Assembly: GCA_018659585.1 (NCBI GenBank)
Contig: JABJMC010000022.1
Span: 9,104-73,103 of the forward strand
Source: Candidatus Peregrinibacteria bacterium
GTDB lineage: Bacteria; Patescibacteriota; Gracilibacteria; UBA1369; UBA12473
Direction of reading: 5' to 3'
DNA length: 64,000 bases
Shown: in pieces, positions 52,951-63,499 of the stretch
How positions within the stretch are numbered: the first letter of the stretch is position 1
Layout of the letters: every line of letters begins with the position of its first letter
Notes under the pieces: generated by a model
Databases searched by the model: none
Told to the model about the DNA's origin: nothing
What the model saw: the letters and a program-made list of their open reading frames with translations, nothing else
Translations under genes and position numbers: made by a program

Positions 52951-53613
52951 ATGCGTTTTGATGTACTAACCATTTTCCCATCTTTTTTCGAAGAAAACCC
53001 TTATTTTAAGTACAGCATCTTAGGAGAAGCTACCAAAAAGGGCCAAATTGAGGTGCACACACACGATATTCGCGAATATTCCGAGGATAAGCACAAAAAA
53101 GTAGATGATACGCCTTATGGGGGCGGCGCCGGGATGGTTATGACTTGCCAGCCGCTTTTCGCCGCCATTAAAAGTGTAAAAAAAGAAAATCCAAAGGCCC
53201 CGGTCGTGTTCTTAACTCCGCAGGGTGAAACTTGGACTCAACCGCACGCCGAAGAATTCGCCACAAAACATGAACAAACTGGCTTAATCCTGCTTTGCGG
53301 TCGTTACGAAGGCATTGATCAACGCGTTCGCGATGCTTTAGTAGATATTGAAATTTCCATTGGCGATTATGTTTTAACAGGAGGAGAATTAGCAGTCATG
53401 ACTTTAATAGATTCCATCACTCGCCTTATTCCAGGCGTTCTTGGCAACGAAAATTCACCCGAAGAAGATTCTTTTTGCGTTAAATTTGATCGCAAAAAAG
53501 AATACCCTCACTATACAAAACCCGAAGAATTCCAAGGAATAAAGGTTCCAGATGTTCTTCTTTCTGGGCACCATGCCAATATTGAAGCCTGGCGCCACGA
53601 CAATTTAAAGTAA
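52951..53613 (+). CDS. trmD: tRNA (guanine37-N1)-methyltransferase
   Basis: MRFDVLTIFPSFFE, DDTPYGGGAGMVM, LLCGRYEGIDQRV and SIGDYVLTGGELAVM. Confidence 0.93.
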   Translation: MRFDVLTIFPSFFEENPYFKYSILGEATKKGQIEVHTHDIREYSEDKHKKVDDTPYGGGAGMVMTCQPLFAAIKSVKKENPKAPVVFLTPQGETWTQPHAEEFATKHEQTGLILLCGRYEGIDQRVRDALVDIEISIGDYVLTGGELAVMTLIDSITRLIPGVLGNENSPEEDSFCVKFDRKKEYPHYTKPEEFQGIKVPDVLLSGHHANIEAWRHDNLK

Positions 53614-53636
53614 TCCCCAAAATTTAACCCTCCAAC

Positions 53637-55679
53637 ATGAATTTTTTCTTCTATGAAATCCTTGAACTAATTCTTTTTCTTGGATTCTGGGCTAGCTTTG
53701 GCTATTTAATCTATCTTTTCTTTGCCAAACGCAACCAAATCACTGATTCTGAACTCAAAAAAGTTACTTTCCCTAAAAAAATGGGCTGGACTATTGGAAT
53801 CGCAATTTTGGCTTATAATGTTTTCCTTTATGAAACAATGCAAGCCAGTGGCGCTATCCCCGGTGTTGGTTGGGGTCTTTTTATAGTCGCTATTATTGGT
53901 GGTTTACTCCTCTCCTTCCCAGCTAAAAAACGTACTCCCCTAGTTTATTTTTTAGCGGTACTAAGCAGCGTATCTGCTTTAATTGGGGTTCTTCATGCAA
54001 GTGCCTTTATCCAGTCTTTTAACCTCGTGGTAACTCAATTAAGTTTCTATAGTTTGCTGTTTTTATATGTTCTTCCTGGAATTCAATGGGAAGGACTTTG
54101 GATTTTAAAAGCTATTTGGCACAGTATTCTCCAAGCCGTCAGACATGTTCTCGTTCTTTTTAAGTTATCTTTTAAACTCAAAAACGCCCCCAGTAACAAA
54201 ATTATTCGTACTTTAAAAACTGTATTTTTAACCTTACTTTTACTTTTACTTTTCGCTTCTCTTCTCTCTCAAGCTGATCCTATTTTTGACCAATTAATTT
54301 CCGAAATCAAAGAAGAAGCCGCTGCCCGTACGTTTTTATCACTCCTTCTTGCTGCAGGCTTACTTTTTGGCTTAAGTTTACAAATCAAGCCTTCCAAAAA
54401 AACCACTGAATTCAAATTATTCAATTTTTATGACGTGGTCATTCCTATCATAGCTATTGAACTACTCTTTTTATTCTTTCTATTCATTCAAGGAAAATAT
54501 CTTTTTGGATCACACGAAGCCATCGCCAATTTTGACTTAACCTATTCTGAATACGTTCGCAAAGGATTCACTGAACTTCTTACTACCACCTTCCTAGGAG
54601 GAATAATCGCCTATTTAGTAATTCTCAAAACCAAAACCACCAAAACCCTTAATCGTTCTAAATTCCTTCGTGGCCTAAACGTTATTTTGGTAATTGAATT
54701 AATGGCTTTGCTAAGCTCAGCTCTAAAACGAGACCTCCTTTATGTTGAAGTTTACGGACTAACGCGTGTCCGTTTAATTGGTGGCATTTTCTTAGCCTGG
54801 CTAGCCGCTACCCTAATCATGCTATTAATCACTAACATTAATAAACGATTACAGGAAAAACATTTATTCCTAGGAGTATTTGTAATCAGCATTGCTACTT
54901 TCTTGTGCCTGAACACGTTTAATATGGACCTAAAAATTGCCACTACGGAACCACCAGAAGGGCAACATTTAGACTATTTTTATCTCACCAGCTTATCTGT
55001 TGATGCCGCTCCCGGTTGGGAAACAGTAATTCAAGATATGAACACTCAATTCGATACCTTAGTTAATCAACAAACTCTAACCGACGAACAAAAAACTCTA
55101 CTTACAGAACTTAAATTAGGCCTCACTAACATTCAAGAAAAACGTATTACACTCGAAGACAAATTCGGTGATTTAAAAACTTTTGAAGCCAAATTTGAGA
55201 CCAAAGAAGACGAAAATTCCGAAGAAGAATATGACTACTACTATTATGATGATCGAACCACTTACAACGAATGGCAACAAGATCGACTAAAAGCCAGACG
55301 TCACTGGGTAAATTGGAATTGGGGAGAACAAAAAAACTTCCAATACATGGAAAATAATAGTGCCCTCTTTACAGACCAAGTAGATTGCTTATTAACTTCA
55401 ATCGAAAACTATCAAATTGACTACTTAGTAGATCTTCAAGACGAAACATGGGAACGCATGTATGATTATGAATATCCATTTATTTCCGACCAGCATTCCT
55501 ATTACGAGGACTTAAACAGCACTATAATGAGTGCTTTTTATGAAGAAGAAATTGATTGGGACAACGAGGAAGGCCCTTACGGAAAAGGTTATCTTGACCT
55601 CAATAACTTAACTTCTGAACAAGCCGCTGCCCTATCGGAACTCCAAGCCATCCGCCAAGCGCAATCCTGTTCAAGCTAA
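53637..55679 (+). CDS. Polytopic membrane protein (about 10 or more TM segments) with an acidic, aromatic-rich C-terminal soluble domain; function unknown
   Basis: The N-terminal ~430 aa is a series of hydrophobic helices. The C-terminal domain contains EEEYDYYYYDDRTTYNEW. Confidence 0.6.
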   Translation: MNFFFYEILELILFLGFWASFGYLIYLFFAKRNQITDSELKKVTFPKKMGWTIGIAILAYNVFLYETMQASGAIPGVGWGLFIVAIIGGLLLSFPAKKRTPLVYFLAVLSSVSALIGVLHASAFIQSFNLVVTQLSFYSLLFLYVLPGIQWEGLWILKAIWHSILQAVRHVLVLFKLSFKLKNAPSNKIIRTLKTVFLTLLLLLLFASLLSQADPIFDQLISEIKEEAAARTFLSLLLAAGLLFGLSLQIKPSKKTTEFKLFNFYDVVIPIIAIELLFLFFLFIQGKYLFGSHEAIANFDLTYSEYVRKGFTELLTTTFLGGIIAYLVILKTKTTKTLNRSKFLRGLNVILVIELMALLSSALKRDLLYVEVYGLTRVRLIGGIFLAWLAATLIMLLITNINKRLQEKHLFLGVFVISIATFLCLNTFNMDLKIATTEPPEGQHLDYFYLTSLSVDAAPGWETVIQDMNTQFDTLVNQQTLTDEQKTLLTELKLGLTNIQEKRITLEDKFGDLKTFEAKFETKEDENSEEEYDYYYYDDRTTYNEWQQDRLKARRHWVNWNWGEQKNFQYMENNSALFTDQVDCLLTSIENYQIDYLVDLQDETWERMYDYEYPFISDQHSYYEDLNSTIMSAFYEEEIDWDNEEGPYGKGYLDLNNLTSEQAAALSELQAIRQAQSCSS

Positions 55680-55696
55680 AATAATCTCCCTCCTTA

Positions 55697-58423
55697 ATGC
55701 ACCGTAAAACCGAACAACAACTTTACCGCCGCTTCAAAACCCGAGGTAACGGTCTTTCGGAATCCGAAGCTAAAAAACTTTTAAAAGAACATGGGCCTAA
55801 TACTTTTATTACTAAAAAGAAAAAGCCTCTAATTGTTTCGTTCTTAGAAGAATTCACGGATTTAATGGTTATTATTCTTGTTATTGCCGCTTTAATTGCG
55901 GGCATTGCTGGTGAAACCGCCGATGCTGCGGTAATTCTATTTATTGTTATTCTAAACGCCACTATTGGCTTCTTTCAAAAATACAAAGCCGAAAAAGCTC
56001 TCGAAGCCCTCAAAAACATGTTGGCTCCGCACGCCAAAGTTATTCGTGATGGCGAAACTCTAGAAATTCCAGCCGCCAACTTAGTTCCTGGAGACATCAT
56101 TATATTAGCAGAGGGAGATTCTATCCCCGCTGACTCCAGGCTACTTGAAGCCAGCGAACTTTATATCGACGAGTCCTCCCTCACCGGCGAATCTGTCCCG
56201 GTGCTCAAAACCACCGAACCCATAAACAAAAAAGAACTCCACTTAGATGAACACGAAAATATTGCTTTTATGGGGACAGCCGTTACTCACGGAAACGGTA
56301 AAGCCCTGGTTATCCGTACCGGAGAAGCAACTGAATTTGGTAAAATTGCCAACCTTACCCGTACCACCCAAAAAGATAAAAGTCCTCTTCAAAAAGAACT
56401 CAATAAAATCGGTATTTTTGTAGGAAAAGTAACGCTTATTATTTCTGGATTTCTTCTGTTAGCTGGCTGGATTTGGCAAGAAAAACCTTTTGCCGAAACA
56501 TTCCTATTTGCGACTTCTGTGGCTGTTGCCGCAGTACCAGAAGGACTCCCAGCTACCATTACCATTGCCTTAGCCATCGGCGTTCAACGCCTGGCTAAAA
56601 AGCGTTCCATAATGAAAAAACTTTCCTCCGTCGAAACCTTGGGTTCCACCAGCGTTATCTGTTCTGATAAAACCGGGACTCTAACGCGTAACGAAATGAC
56701 GGTAGTAGAAATTTTAACTGACAACCACATCTTCCCCGTCACCGGGAAAGGCTACGAACCAAAAGGGAAATGGGAAACCAACAGGCCAGATTCAGAAATC
56801 CAAAAACTCTGTGAAGTAGCTTGTTTATGTAACAACGCCAAACTATCCCGCACCCGCAAATCCTGGCGCATAATTGGTGATCCAACCGAAGGCTGCTTAT
56901 TAGTTGCTGCATCAAAAACCGCTTTTAAACCAAAAACAATTCTCAAACAATTCAAACGCCTTCATGAACTCCCTTTTGATTCGACCCGCAAAATGATGAC
57001 CACTATTGACCAAAATCGAGCCACCAAAGAAATTCATGCCCACTTAAAAGGAGCCCCAGACGAAGTTTTAAAAATATGTACTCACATTTACGAAAGCGGT
57101 CGGCGCCTTAAACTAACTCCAAAAAAACGCAAAGCCATCCTCGAAAAAAACAAACAAATGGCCGAGAAAGCCCTCCGAGTCCTCGCCTTTGCCGAACGTC
57201 CTTTAGATGGCCACGGCATCCCGCGTGGGAAAAAACAATACTCCAAAGCTTTGGTAGAAAAAGGCATGACCTTTATCGGTTTAACCGGCATGATCGATCC
57301 CGCCCGCAAAGAAGTCTACGCCGCCGTCGAAATGGCCAAAAAAGCTGGCATTGAAATGTACATGATCACTGGTGATTACGGCATTACCGCCGCCGCCATT
57401 GCCAAAGAAATCGGCATGACTGGCCCAAACCCCTTAATAGTCGCCGGCGCCGAACTGCACCGCATGACCGACAAAAAACTAGAAAGACTTTTCCGCAAAC
57501 ACGAAGGCAATATTGTGTTTGCTCGCGTAAGTCCCGAACACAAACTCAAGATCATCAAAGCCCTTAAGAGGCGCGGTGAAATCGTCGCCATGACCGGTGA
57601 TGGTGTTAACGACGCCCCTGCCCTTAAACGCGCTGATATTGGCGTGGCTATGGGTATCACGGGCACTGATGTATCCAAAGAGGCCGCGGATATGATTCTC
57701 ACCGACGACAGCTTTGGCACCATTGTAAAAGCCGTACGCGAAGGTCGTACTATTTACGAAAATCTCAAAAAATTCGTTTTCTATATTTTCTCCTGTAATA
57801 TCGGTGAATTAGTGACTGTTTTTACCGCTATTTTGCTTGGGATTCCCGCCCCACTCACCGCTATTTTAATTCTCGCCGTAGACCTTGGCACCGATGTTTT
57901 ACCAGCTATTGCCCTGGGCGTAGATCCCCCAGAGCCCGGCATTATGGATAAACCTCCTCGTCCCCGCAAAGAACACCTCATGCGTCGCGGTTTTGTGCTC
58001 CACTTTGTCTATCTTGGCCTCGCTATTGGTACTATTGTTACCACCGCCTATTTCTGGATGCTACACCGTTATGACTGGACTTGGGGAAGCACCCTTTCCG
58101 CAGACAACCTCACTTATCTCAAAGCTTCTACCGCGGCCTTTGCCATCCTCGTTATGATCCAAATGGTTAATGCTTTTAATTCTCGCAGCCTCAAACAATC
58201 CATTTTTAAACTTGGTTTTTTCACTAACCGCTGGCTTCTTGGTGCCATCTCAATCTCACTTATTACACTCGTGCTATTTGTTGAACTCCCCTTCTTCCAA
58301 GACTTCCTTCACACTACTCATTTAACAATAGTTGAATGGCTTGTCCTCGCTGCCTTTTCCCTTTCAATTTTAATTCTTGAAGAATGTCGCAAACTGATCC
58401 TAAATACATCCGAATCAAAGTAA
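55697..58423 (+). CDS. Cation-transporting P-type ATPase (type II, Ca2+/Mg2+-ATPase-like)
   Basis: TGES, the phosphorylation site ICSDKTGTLT, KGAPDEVL, MITGD and the hinge TGDGVNDAPALKRADIGVAMG. TM4 shows VAAVPEGLP. Confidence 0.9.
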   Translation: MHRKTEQQLYRRFKTRGNGLSESEAKKLLKEHGPNTFITKKKKPLIVSFLEEFTDLMVIILVIAALIAGIAGETADAAVILFIVILNATIGFFQKYKAEKALEALKNMLAPHAKVIRDGETLEIPAANLVPGDIIILAEGDSIPADSRLLEASELYIDESSLTGESVPVLKTTEPINKKELHLDEHENIAFMGTAVTHGNGKALVIRTGEATEFGKIANLTRTTQKDKSPLQKELNKIGIFVGKVTLIISGFLLLAGWIWQEKPFAETFLFATSVAVAAVPEGLPATITIALAIGVQRLAKKRSIMKKLSSVETLGSTSVICSDKTGTLTRNEMTVVEILTDNHIFPVTGKGYEPKGKWETNRPDSEIQKLCEVACLCNNAKLSRTRKSWRIIGDPTEGCLLVAASKTAFKPKTILKQFKRLHELPFDSTRKMMTTIDQNRATKEIHAHLKGAPDEVLKICTHIYESGRRLKLTPKKRKAILEKNKQMAEKALRVLAFAERPLDGHGIPRGKKQYSKALVEKGMTFIGLTGMIDPARKEVYAAVEMAKKAGIEMYMITGDYGITAAAIAKEIGMTGPNPLIVAGAELHRMTDKKLERLFRKHEGNIVFARVSPEHKLKIIKALKRRGEIVAMTGDGVNDAPALKRADIGVAMGITGTDVSKEAADMILTDDSFGTIVKAVREGRTIYENLKKFVFYIFSCNIGELVTVFTAILLGIPAPLTAILILAVDLGTDVLPAIALGVDPPEPGIMDKPPRPRKEHLMRRGFVLHFVYLGLAIGTIVTTAYFWMLHRYDWTWGSTLSADNLTYLKASTAAFAILVMIQMVNAFNSRSLKQSIFKLGFFTNRWLLGAISISLITLVLFVELPFFQDFLHTTHLTIVEWLVLAAFSLSILILEECRKLILNTSESK

Positions 58424-58629
58424 TTCCCAAAAGCCCTAAATCTGAATTAGTTGATGAAATGGCTGACGGAACCCTCAAAATCCGCATCGCCGCTCCACCC
58501 GAAAAAGGCAAAGCCAACATTGAATTAATAAAATTTCTAAGCAAACATTTCAACGTTCCCAAAGATCAAATTTCGATTATTAGCGGCAAAACCGATCCTT
58601 TAAAACTTATAAAAATATTGTATAATTGA
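58384..58629 (+). CDS. DUF167/YggU-family small protein
   Basis: IRIKVIPKSPKSELV...LKIRIAAPPEKGKANIELIKFLSKHFNVPKDQISIISGKT...K matches the UPF0235 pattern. It overlaps the ATPase 3' end by 40 nt. Confidence 0.65.
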   Translation: MSQTDPKYIRIKVIPKSPKSELVDEMADGTLKIRIAAPPEKGKANIELIKFLSKHFNVPKDQISIISGKTDPLKLIKILYN

Positions 58630-58657
58630 CCGCTCACGGTCACGTATTCCCCAAAAA

Positions 58658-59413
58658 ATGAATCCTGTCAAACTACACCCAAAAAAATCACTCGGTCAAA
58701 ATTTCCTTACTCACAAAGGAACTCTTCATAAAATCCTAAACGCGGCCGATCTCCAACCTACTGATCACGTCATTGAAATTGGCCCCGGGAAAGGTGTTTT
58801 AACTGCCGCCCTTCTGGAACACACTAAGCAAGTCGAAACCATTGAATTAGATGATCGCCTCATTCCTCTTTTAACCGAAAAATTCGCAAATACCGATCTC
58901 AAAATTCATCACCAAGATGCCTTAACCTTCGACCCTCCAAACACTCCATATAAATTAGTGGCCAACATTCCATATTACATCACTTCCCCCCTAATTAACC
59001 ATTTTTTACGCGAACAACCACCCGAAAAACGCCCTCAATCCCTTACCCTCCTCGTCCAAAAAGAAGTTGCTCAAAAAATCTGTTCTAAACCTGGAAAACT
59101 AAGTGTTCTGGCCCTTCAAGTTCATTTTTTTGGCACCCCAAAATTAATCGCTAAAGTCCCACCTTCTCATTTCTCTCCCGCACCAAAAGTAGACTCTGCT
59201 ATTCTTCAAATAAATCTCCACAGAAAATCGCTTATCAAAAATTCCGACCTCACCAAATTATTTGAACTCATTCACCGCGGCTTTGCTCACAAACGCAAAA
59301 AACTAATTCGCAATCTAAACGCCACTTCCGAACAATTCGCTAAACTCAATCTCTCCGAAAACACCCGCGCCGAAGAATTAACTATACAAGATTGGCTCAA
59401 TCTGTTAGATTAG
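58658..59413 (+). CDS. rsmA: 16S rRNA (adenine1518/1519-N6)-dimethyltransferase
   Basis: KKSLGQNFL, VIEIGPGKGVLT, ANIPYYITSP and F.P.PKVDSA. Confidence 0.9.
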   Translation: MNPVKLHPKKSLGQNFLTHKGTLHKILNAADLQPTDHVIEIGPGKGVLTAALLEHTKQVETIELDDRLIPLLTEKFANTDLKIHHQDALTFDPPNTPYKLVANIPYYITSPLINHFLREQPPEKRPQSLTLLVQKEVAQKICSKPGKLSVLALQVHFFGTPKLIAKVPPSHFSPAPKVDSAILQINLHRKSLIKNSDLTKLFELIHRGFAHKRKKLIRNLNATSEQFAKLNLSENTRAEELTIQDWLNLLD

Positions 59414-59437
59414 CTCACCAAAATTAAATCAAACTAC

Positions 59438-60259
59438 ATGCAAACTGGCCCAACCCAAGGCCGCCCCGATATTATCAGTCCTTGTCCTTTGCTTAGAGAG
59501 CAGTATCCGAACCGCAGGCAACCAGACACTCAATTACTCGAACCATCGGAACGAGATTATTTAGAAAGCCTAGAACCCGAACAACTAGAAGTTCTTATTC
59601 GCATGCTACAAGATCTTTCTATGAAAATTTTCAAGCATGTCCCAGACAATCCGCAAGAATTTAAATTTCCACCAACTGAAACAAACAAACGTCTATTGCC
59701 GCTATTTTTAAGAATTATGAAACCTCTCCAAGAACATCCTGATTATCGCCTTACCTGTCGTGATACTGTCGATCAACTAAAAATATTTGTTGAAAGAATC
59801 CGCACCAAAAAAAACGCCATTCAAGCCACCGAAGTCACCGCAGACCAACCACCAAAACCATCTTCCGCTGAAATCCGAGAAGAAGCCATTGAAAGCATGA
59901 AAAGAGCCAGCAAATTTCTTCAACAATCAGGTTTTCAACTCCCTAACCCCGACAACCATTTAGCCGTTAATCGTTATGCTTTGGCCTGCGTCGTATTAAT
60001 ACTAAGCCGCTTCCAAATCAGTGAAGTTACAAGCAAAAACATCCTAAATAACCCCACACCATCCTTACCTATCAGGTCGCAAGTCATAGAAAAAGCCATC
60101 ACAAATTTAGCTGAATTAATAGGTATGAGACCCATGCACCTCAAACTCGCCCTTGGAATTGGAATCCCAAACTCTATCGCCGGAACAGTTATTGTCGAAA
60201 AACGCAAACTAGTTGCTGGTAAAACACTACCTTTAATATCAACTCCTCCTAAAGAGTAA
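59438..60259 (+). CDS. Hypothetical protein (273 aa)
   Basis: The ORF has host-like composition and no recognisable motif. Confidence 0.45.
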   Translation: MQTGPTQGRPDIISPCPLLREQYPNRRQPDTQLLEPSERDYLESLEPEQLEVLIRMLQDLSMKIFKHVPDNPQEFKFPPTETNKRLLPLFLRIMKPLQEHPDYRLTCRDTVDQLKIFVERIRTKKNAIQATEVTADQPPKPSSAEIREEAIESMKRASKFLQQSGFQLPNPDNHLAVNRYALACVVLILSRFQISEVTSKNILNNPTPSLPIRSQVIEKAITNLAELIGMRPMHLKLALGIGIPNSIAGTVIVEKRKLVAGKTLPLISTPPKE

Positions 60260-60262
60260 TTT

Positions 60263-61726
60263 TTAAGCCGCAATCGGCAACCTGAATTCAAATACCTTTG
60301 TCATACCTGGAGGGTTTATTGGCACATCCAATGAATCAACTTTTTCTATATCAGCACAAGGTGATTTCTGGATCCATAACCCAGATTCACCAACACGATG
60401 ATAAGAAGTTATTCGACCTCCGGCAGCTTGAATAATATCAGCGGTCCGAGCTAAACCAGTCCCCATCCCAAATTCCCCATCTTCGCTTTTGATACCTTCT
60501 TCAAATAATTTTTCTAACTGATCATCCTCAAAAGATTTTAAATTATCTGAAATTCTAAAAACAACCTCATTCCCATCCTGATAAATAAATAACTCTTGCT
60601 CGGCATCATCTTTCCCACTAATTCGTTTTACTTTCGCAAAATTAGAATAAAAAGTACGAAGAATACTTCTCACTCCTCCAATAGGACAATTAATTAAAAC
60701 ATCTTCATCATCAAGTTCAATTTTTTGGTTAGGAAAATTGTCACTATTATCGGAAATAGCTTCCATCAAAGATTGATTTTCCCAGAAACAATTAGAATCA
60801 CCTGTCTCACAATACTCCCCAAACGAAGCCAAAACATCTTTAATTCGAATTTGAGCCTCTCTTTTTAAGACCGAAGTCGAACCAGCTATTAAAACCTTAT
60901 GCACAATATTTTTTACATCATGAATGCAAATACTCAAAACAAATCCCGAACCATGTAATTCACCCAAAAGGCCTTCTAAACATTTTCTCCGACTAGCTTC
61001 TCCACTAGGAAAAGTTGCTTGCCAACAATCCACAAAAACACTATCTAAATCTCTCTCTAAATACCTGTCCAAAAGGCGCATTTCACGAAGAATTAATTTA
61101 GGCAATTCAACCCCAACATCCGGCGAAAGAACTTTACTCGGTTCGGCCGGCAAAACTCTAACTAATTCTTTTAAAGAACTACAACTTGCAAAAGGAGTAA
61201 CAAATTCATCCTCTTCAGACTCCTCAGGCTCTTCTATTTTTTTACTAACAGCACTCGGCTCTCTCCCTTCCAGGTGATCCAAAAGAGCGTTTAAACTCGC
61301 CATAAAATTCTTTACCCTAAATGGCTTATGCGCCGCCTCTATTTTTACTGACTCGTGACTAGGTCCTAATTTACTAATATATTCTTTTGGATCATAAGCC
61401 GAAGTAATAATCCACCCCGTATTCAGTTCTTGACGCTCCAAATAACCCAAAATTTCCTGAAAAGGAATTGTTCTTCTATGCAAAGTAACATCGGTTATCC
61501 AAAGCCGATGCCCTTCTTCTTCCAATAAACTTCTGACCTCATCAACGGTAGCCGCTTTTATGATTTCACCAACCCGATCGCCATAATAGTCACTTAAAAC
61601 TTGAACTAAAAAATCCATAACAACCTGCTCATCCTCAACCACACAAACATCAAAACGAACCTGATTTTCAGCCTCTGCTTCGGGCAGTGCATCTCTTTCT
61701 TCTCCCTCAGTCGGATCCAGAGTCAT
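60263..61726 (-). CDS. Hybrid signalling protein: N-terminal receiver (REC) domain plus a histidine-kinase-like core (H-box and HATPase_c)
   Basis: REC residues are VVEDE, WITDVTL, ITSA and HKPF. The putative H-box is ICIHDVKNIVHKV. The ATP-lid is GMGTGLARTADIIQAAGGRI. It has no TM segment. Confidence 0.6.
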   Translation of the reverse strand: MTLDPTEGEERDALPEAEAENQVRFDVCVVEDEQVVMDFLVQVLSDYYGDRVGEIIKAATVDEVRSLLEEEGHRLWITDVTLHRRTIPFQEILGYLERQELNTGWIITSAYDPKEYISKLGPSHESVKIEAAHKPFRVKNFMASLNALLDHLEGREPSAVSKKIEEPEESEEDEFVTPFASCSSLKELVRVLPAEPSKVLSPDVGVELPKLILREMRLLDRYLERDLDSVFVDCWQATFPSGEASRRKCLEGLLGELHGSGFVLSICIHDVKNIVHKVLIAGSTSVLKREAQIRIKDVLASFGEYCETGDSNCFWENQSLMEAISDNSDNFPNQKIELDDEDVLINCPIGGVRSILRTFYSNFAKVKRISGKDDAEQELFIYQDGNEVVFRISDNLKSFEDDQLEKLFEEGIKSEDGEFGMGTGLARTADIIQAAGGRITSYHRVGESGLWIQKSPCADIEKVDSLDVPINPPGMTKVFEFRLPIAA

Positions 61727-61802
61727 TTTGAATTATTATTTTTTTAAGAGTTAAATATAACAAAAAACTATCAATTGTCAAGCCTTCCTAACCTATTAAT
61801 GC

Positions 61803-62759
61803 CTAAAAAATCGTTTTCAAATCCGCGATCATTTCCAAAGCTGCAGCGCGAGACGCCTCGGCATATCCCTGATCACTTCCTGCAAAAATTATCCCTCGAG
61901 ATGAATTCACAATCGCCCCAAGGCCATCATCGTTAAAACAAGGACGAACATCTGCTGCGCCACCTCCCTGTGCTCCATATCCCGGGACTAAGAAAATCGA
62001 CTGTGGCAAATACTTACGGATTTCTGCGGCTTGTTTTGGATGAGTGGCGCCAACCACTGCCCCAACCGAGCTATAACCTGATTCACCCACTAAATCTGAT
62101 CCCCAACTCTCCACTAAATGTGACATCAGTTCGTAATTAGTCATTTTGCCCTCCTTTACCATCTGATCCTGCAAATCCCCAGAAGAAGGATTTGAAGTTT
62201 TTACTAACACAAAAATTCCTTTTCCAAACTCACGACAAGCTTCTACAAACGGTTTAATTCCATCGTAACCAAGGTAAGGCGTCACAGTTAAGGCATCCGC
62301 ATCCAAAGAAGGTAATTTTTCATCAAACAACTCTACTTCTCCCAAAAAAGTATTCGCATAACCCTGCGCTGTTGATCCAATATCATTTCTTTTGGCATCT
62401 GCCACCACAATTAAACCCTTTTTCTGCGCGTATTTACAAGTTTCCTCATAAGCCCACATTCCCCTAAACCCATACTGTTCATAAAAGGCAATTTGCGGTT
62501 TAACTACCGGCACAATCTCCTCCACGGCATCAATAATTCCAATATTAAATTCCAAAAAAGAATTGGCTGCAGCCTCAAAAGTTTCTCCAAACTTCTCAAT
62601 TTGTTTTTTCTTAATAAACTCTGGAATTTGTCCCAAACGTGGGTCCAACCCCACACACACTGGATTCCCTTTTTTCTTAACCGCGGCAATTAATTTGTCC
62701 GCAAAATTACTATTATCTTTTGGGACGGCTGAAAGTGAAACATCTACTTCTTGATTCAT
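61803..62759 (-). CDS. pyrF: Orotidine-5'-phosphate decarboxylase, long (type 2) form
   Basis: VCVGLDPRL, VADAKRNDIGSTA and VPGYGAQGG. Confidence 0.88.
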   Translation of the reverse strand: MNQEVDVSLSAVPKDNSNFADKLIAAVKKKGNPVCVGLDPRLGQIPEFIKKKQIEKFGETFEAAANSFLEFNIGIIDAVEEIVPVVKPQIAFYEQYGFRGMWAYEETCKYAQKKGLIVVADAKRNDIGSTAQGYANTFLGEVELFDEKLPSLDADALTVTPYLGYDGIKPFVEACREFGKGIFVLVKTSNPSSGDLQDQMVKEGKMTNYELMSHLVESWGSDLVGESGYSSVGAVVGATHPKQAAEIRKYLPQSIFLVPGYGAQGGGAADVRPCFNDDGLGAIVNSSRGIIFAGSDQGYAEASRAAALEMIADLKTIF

Positions 62760-62777
62760 AATTAATATATTTAAAAA

Positions 62778-63437
62778 TTAAAGACCAACCCTTTCTGCCC
62801 AAGTTGGAGGATCTTTTTTGAATTCTAGAATTACGGATTCGTCCTCTGGTTTTATTGAACCAATCTCCGCTGCCAAACCAATAATTGCCGCAAATCCAGT
62901 TAAATTTGTAAGTCTCAAACCAGCCGCGTCAAAACGATCCTCAGATTTTTGAAGTTCCCAAGAAACAATCGCAAAAATATCCGTTACTTCACATTGTCCT
63001 TCATCACGAACTGCCTCGGCAGCCGCCACGCTACTTCCTCCTGTAGAAATTAAATCCTCCACAATCAAAACTTTTTGTCCGGGTTTTAAATCTCCTTCAA
63101 TTTGCTTTCCAGCGCCATGTTCTTTTTTTTGTGGACGAATATAAACCATTGGCAAATTCATCTCATAAGCTAAAAATGCCGCCCAAGGGATCGCGGCTGT
63201 AGCAGTTCCTCCAAGAACATCTGGCATTTCCATTTCTCCAGATTCAACTCGCGCCTCAATTAATTGCTTCCAAGCCATGACCACCGCCTTGCGATGCTCA
63301 GGATAAGAAATTAAACGTCGGTTATCGCAATAAACCGGCGATTTAATGCCTGAAGTCCAGCTAAAGGGTGGATCCATCTTTACTTTCACTGCCTCAATAT
63401 CCAAAAGTTTTTCGGCAATAGTTTTAGAAAAATCCAT
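62778..63437 (-). CDS. pyrE: Orotate phosphoribosyltransferase
   Basis: PRPP-binding loop VLIVEDLISTGGSSVAAAEAV, and F.W.SGIKSPVYCDNR. Confidence 0.9.
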   Translation of the reverse strand: MDFSKTIAEKLLDIEAVKVKMDPPFSWTSGIKSPVYCDNRRLISYPEHRKAVVMAWKQLIEARVESGEMEMPDVLGGTATAAIPWAAFLAYEMNLPMVYIRPQKKEHGAGKQIEGDLKPGQKVLIVEDLISTGGSSVAAAEAVRDEGQCEVTDIFAIVSWELQKSEDRFDAAGLRLTNLTGFAAIIGLAAEIGSIKPEDESVILEFKKDPPTWAERVGL

Positions 63438-63499
63438 GGTTTTTTTAGGTTAAAGTGTGCCGTGATAATAGCGATTTTTAACCTAGTTGGCTAGCTATT

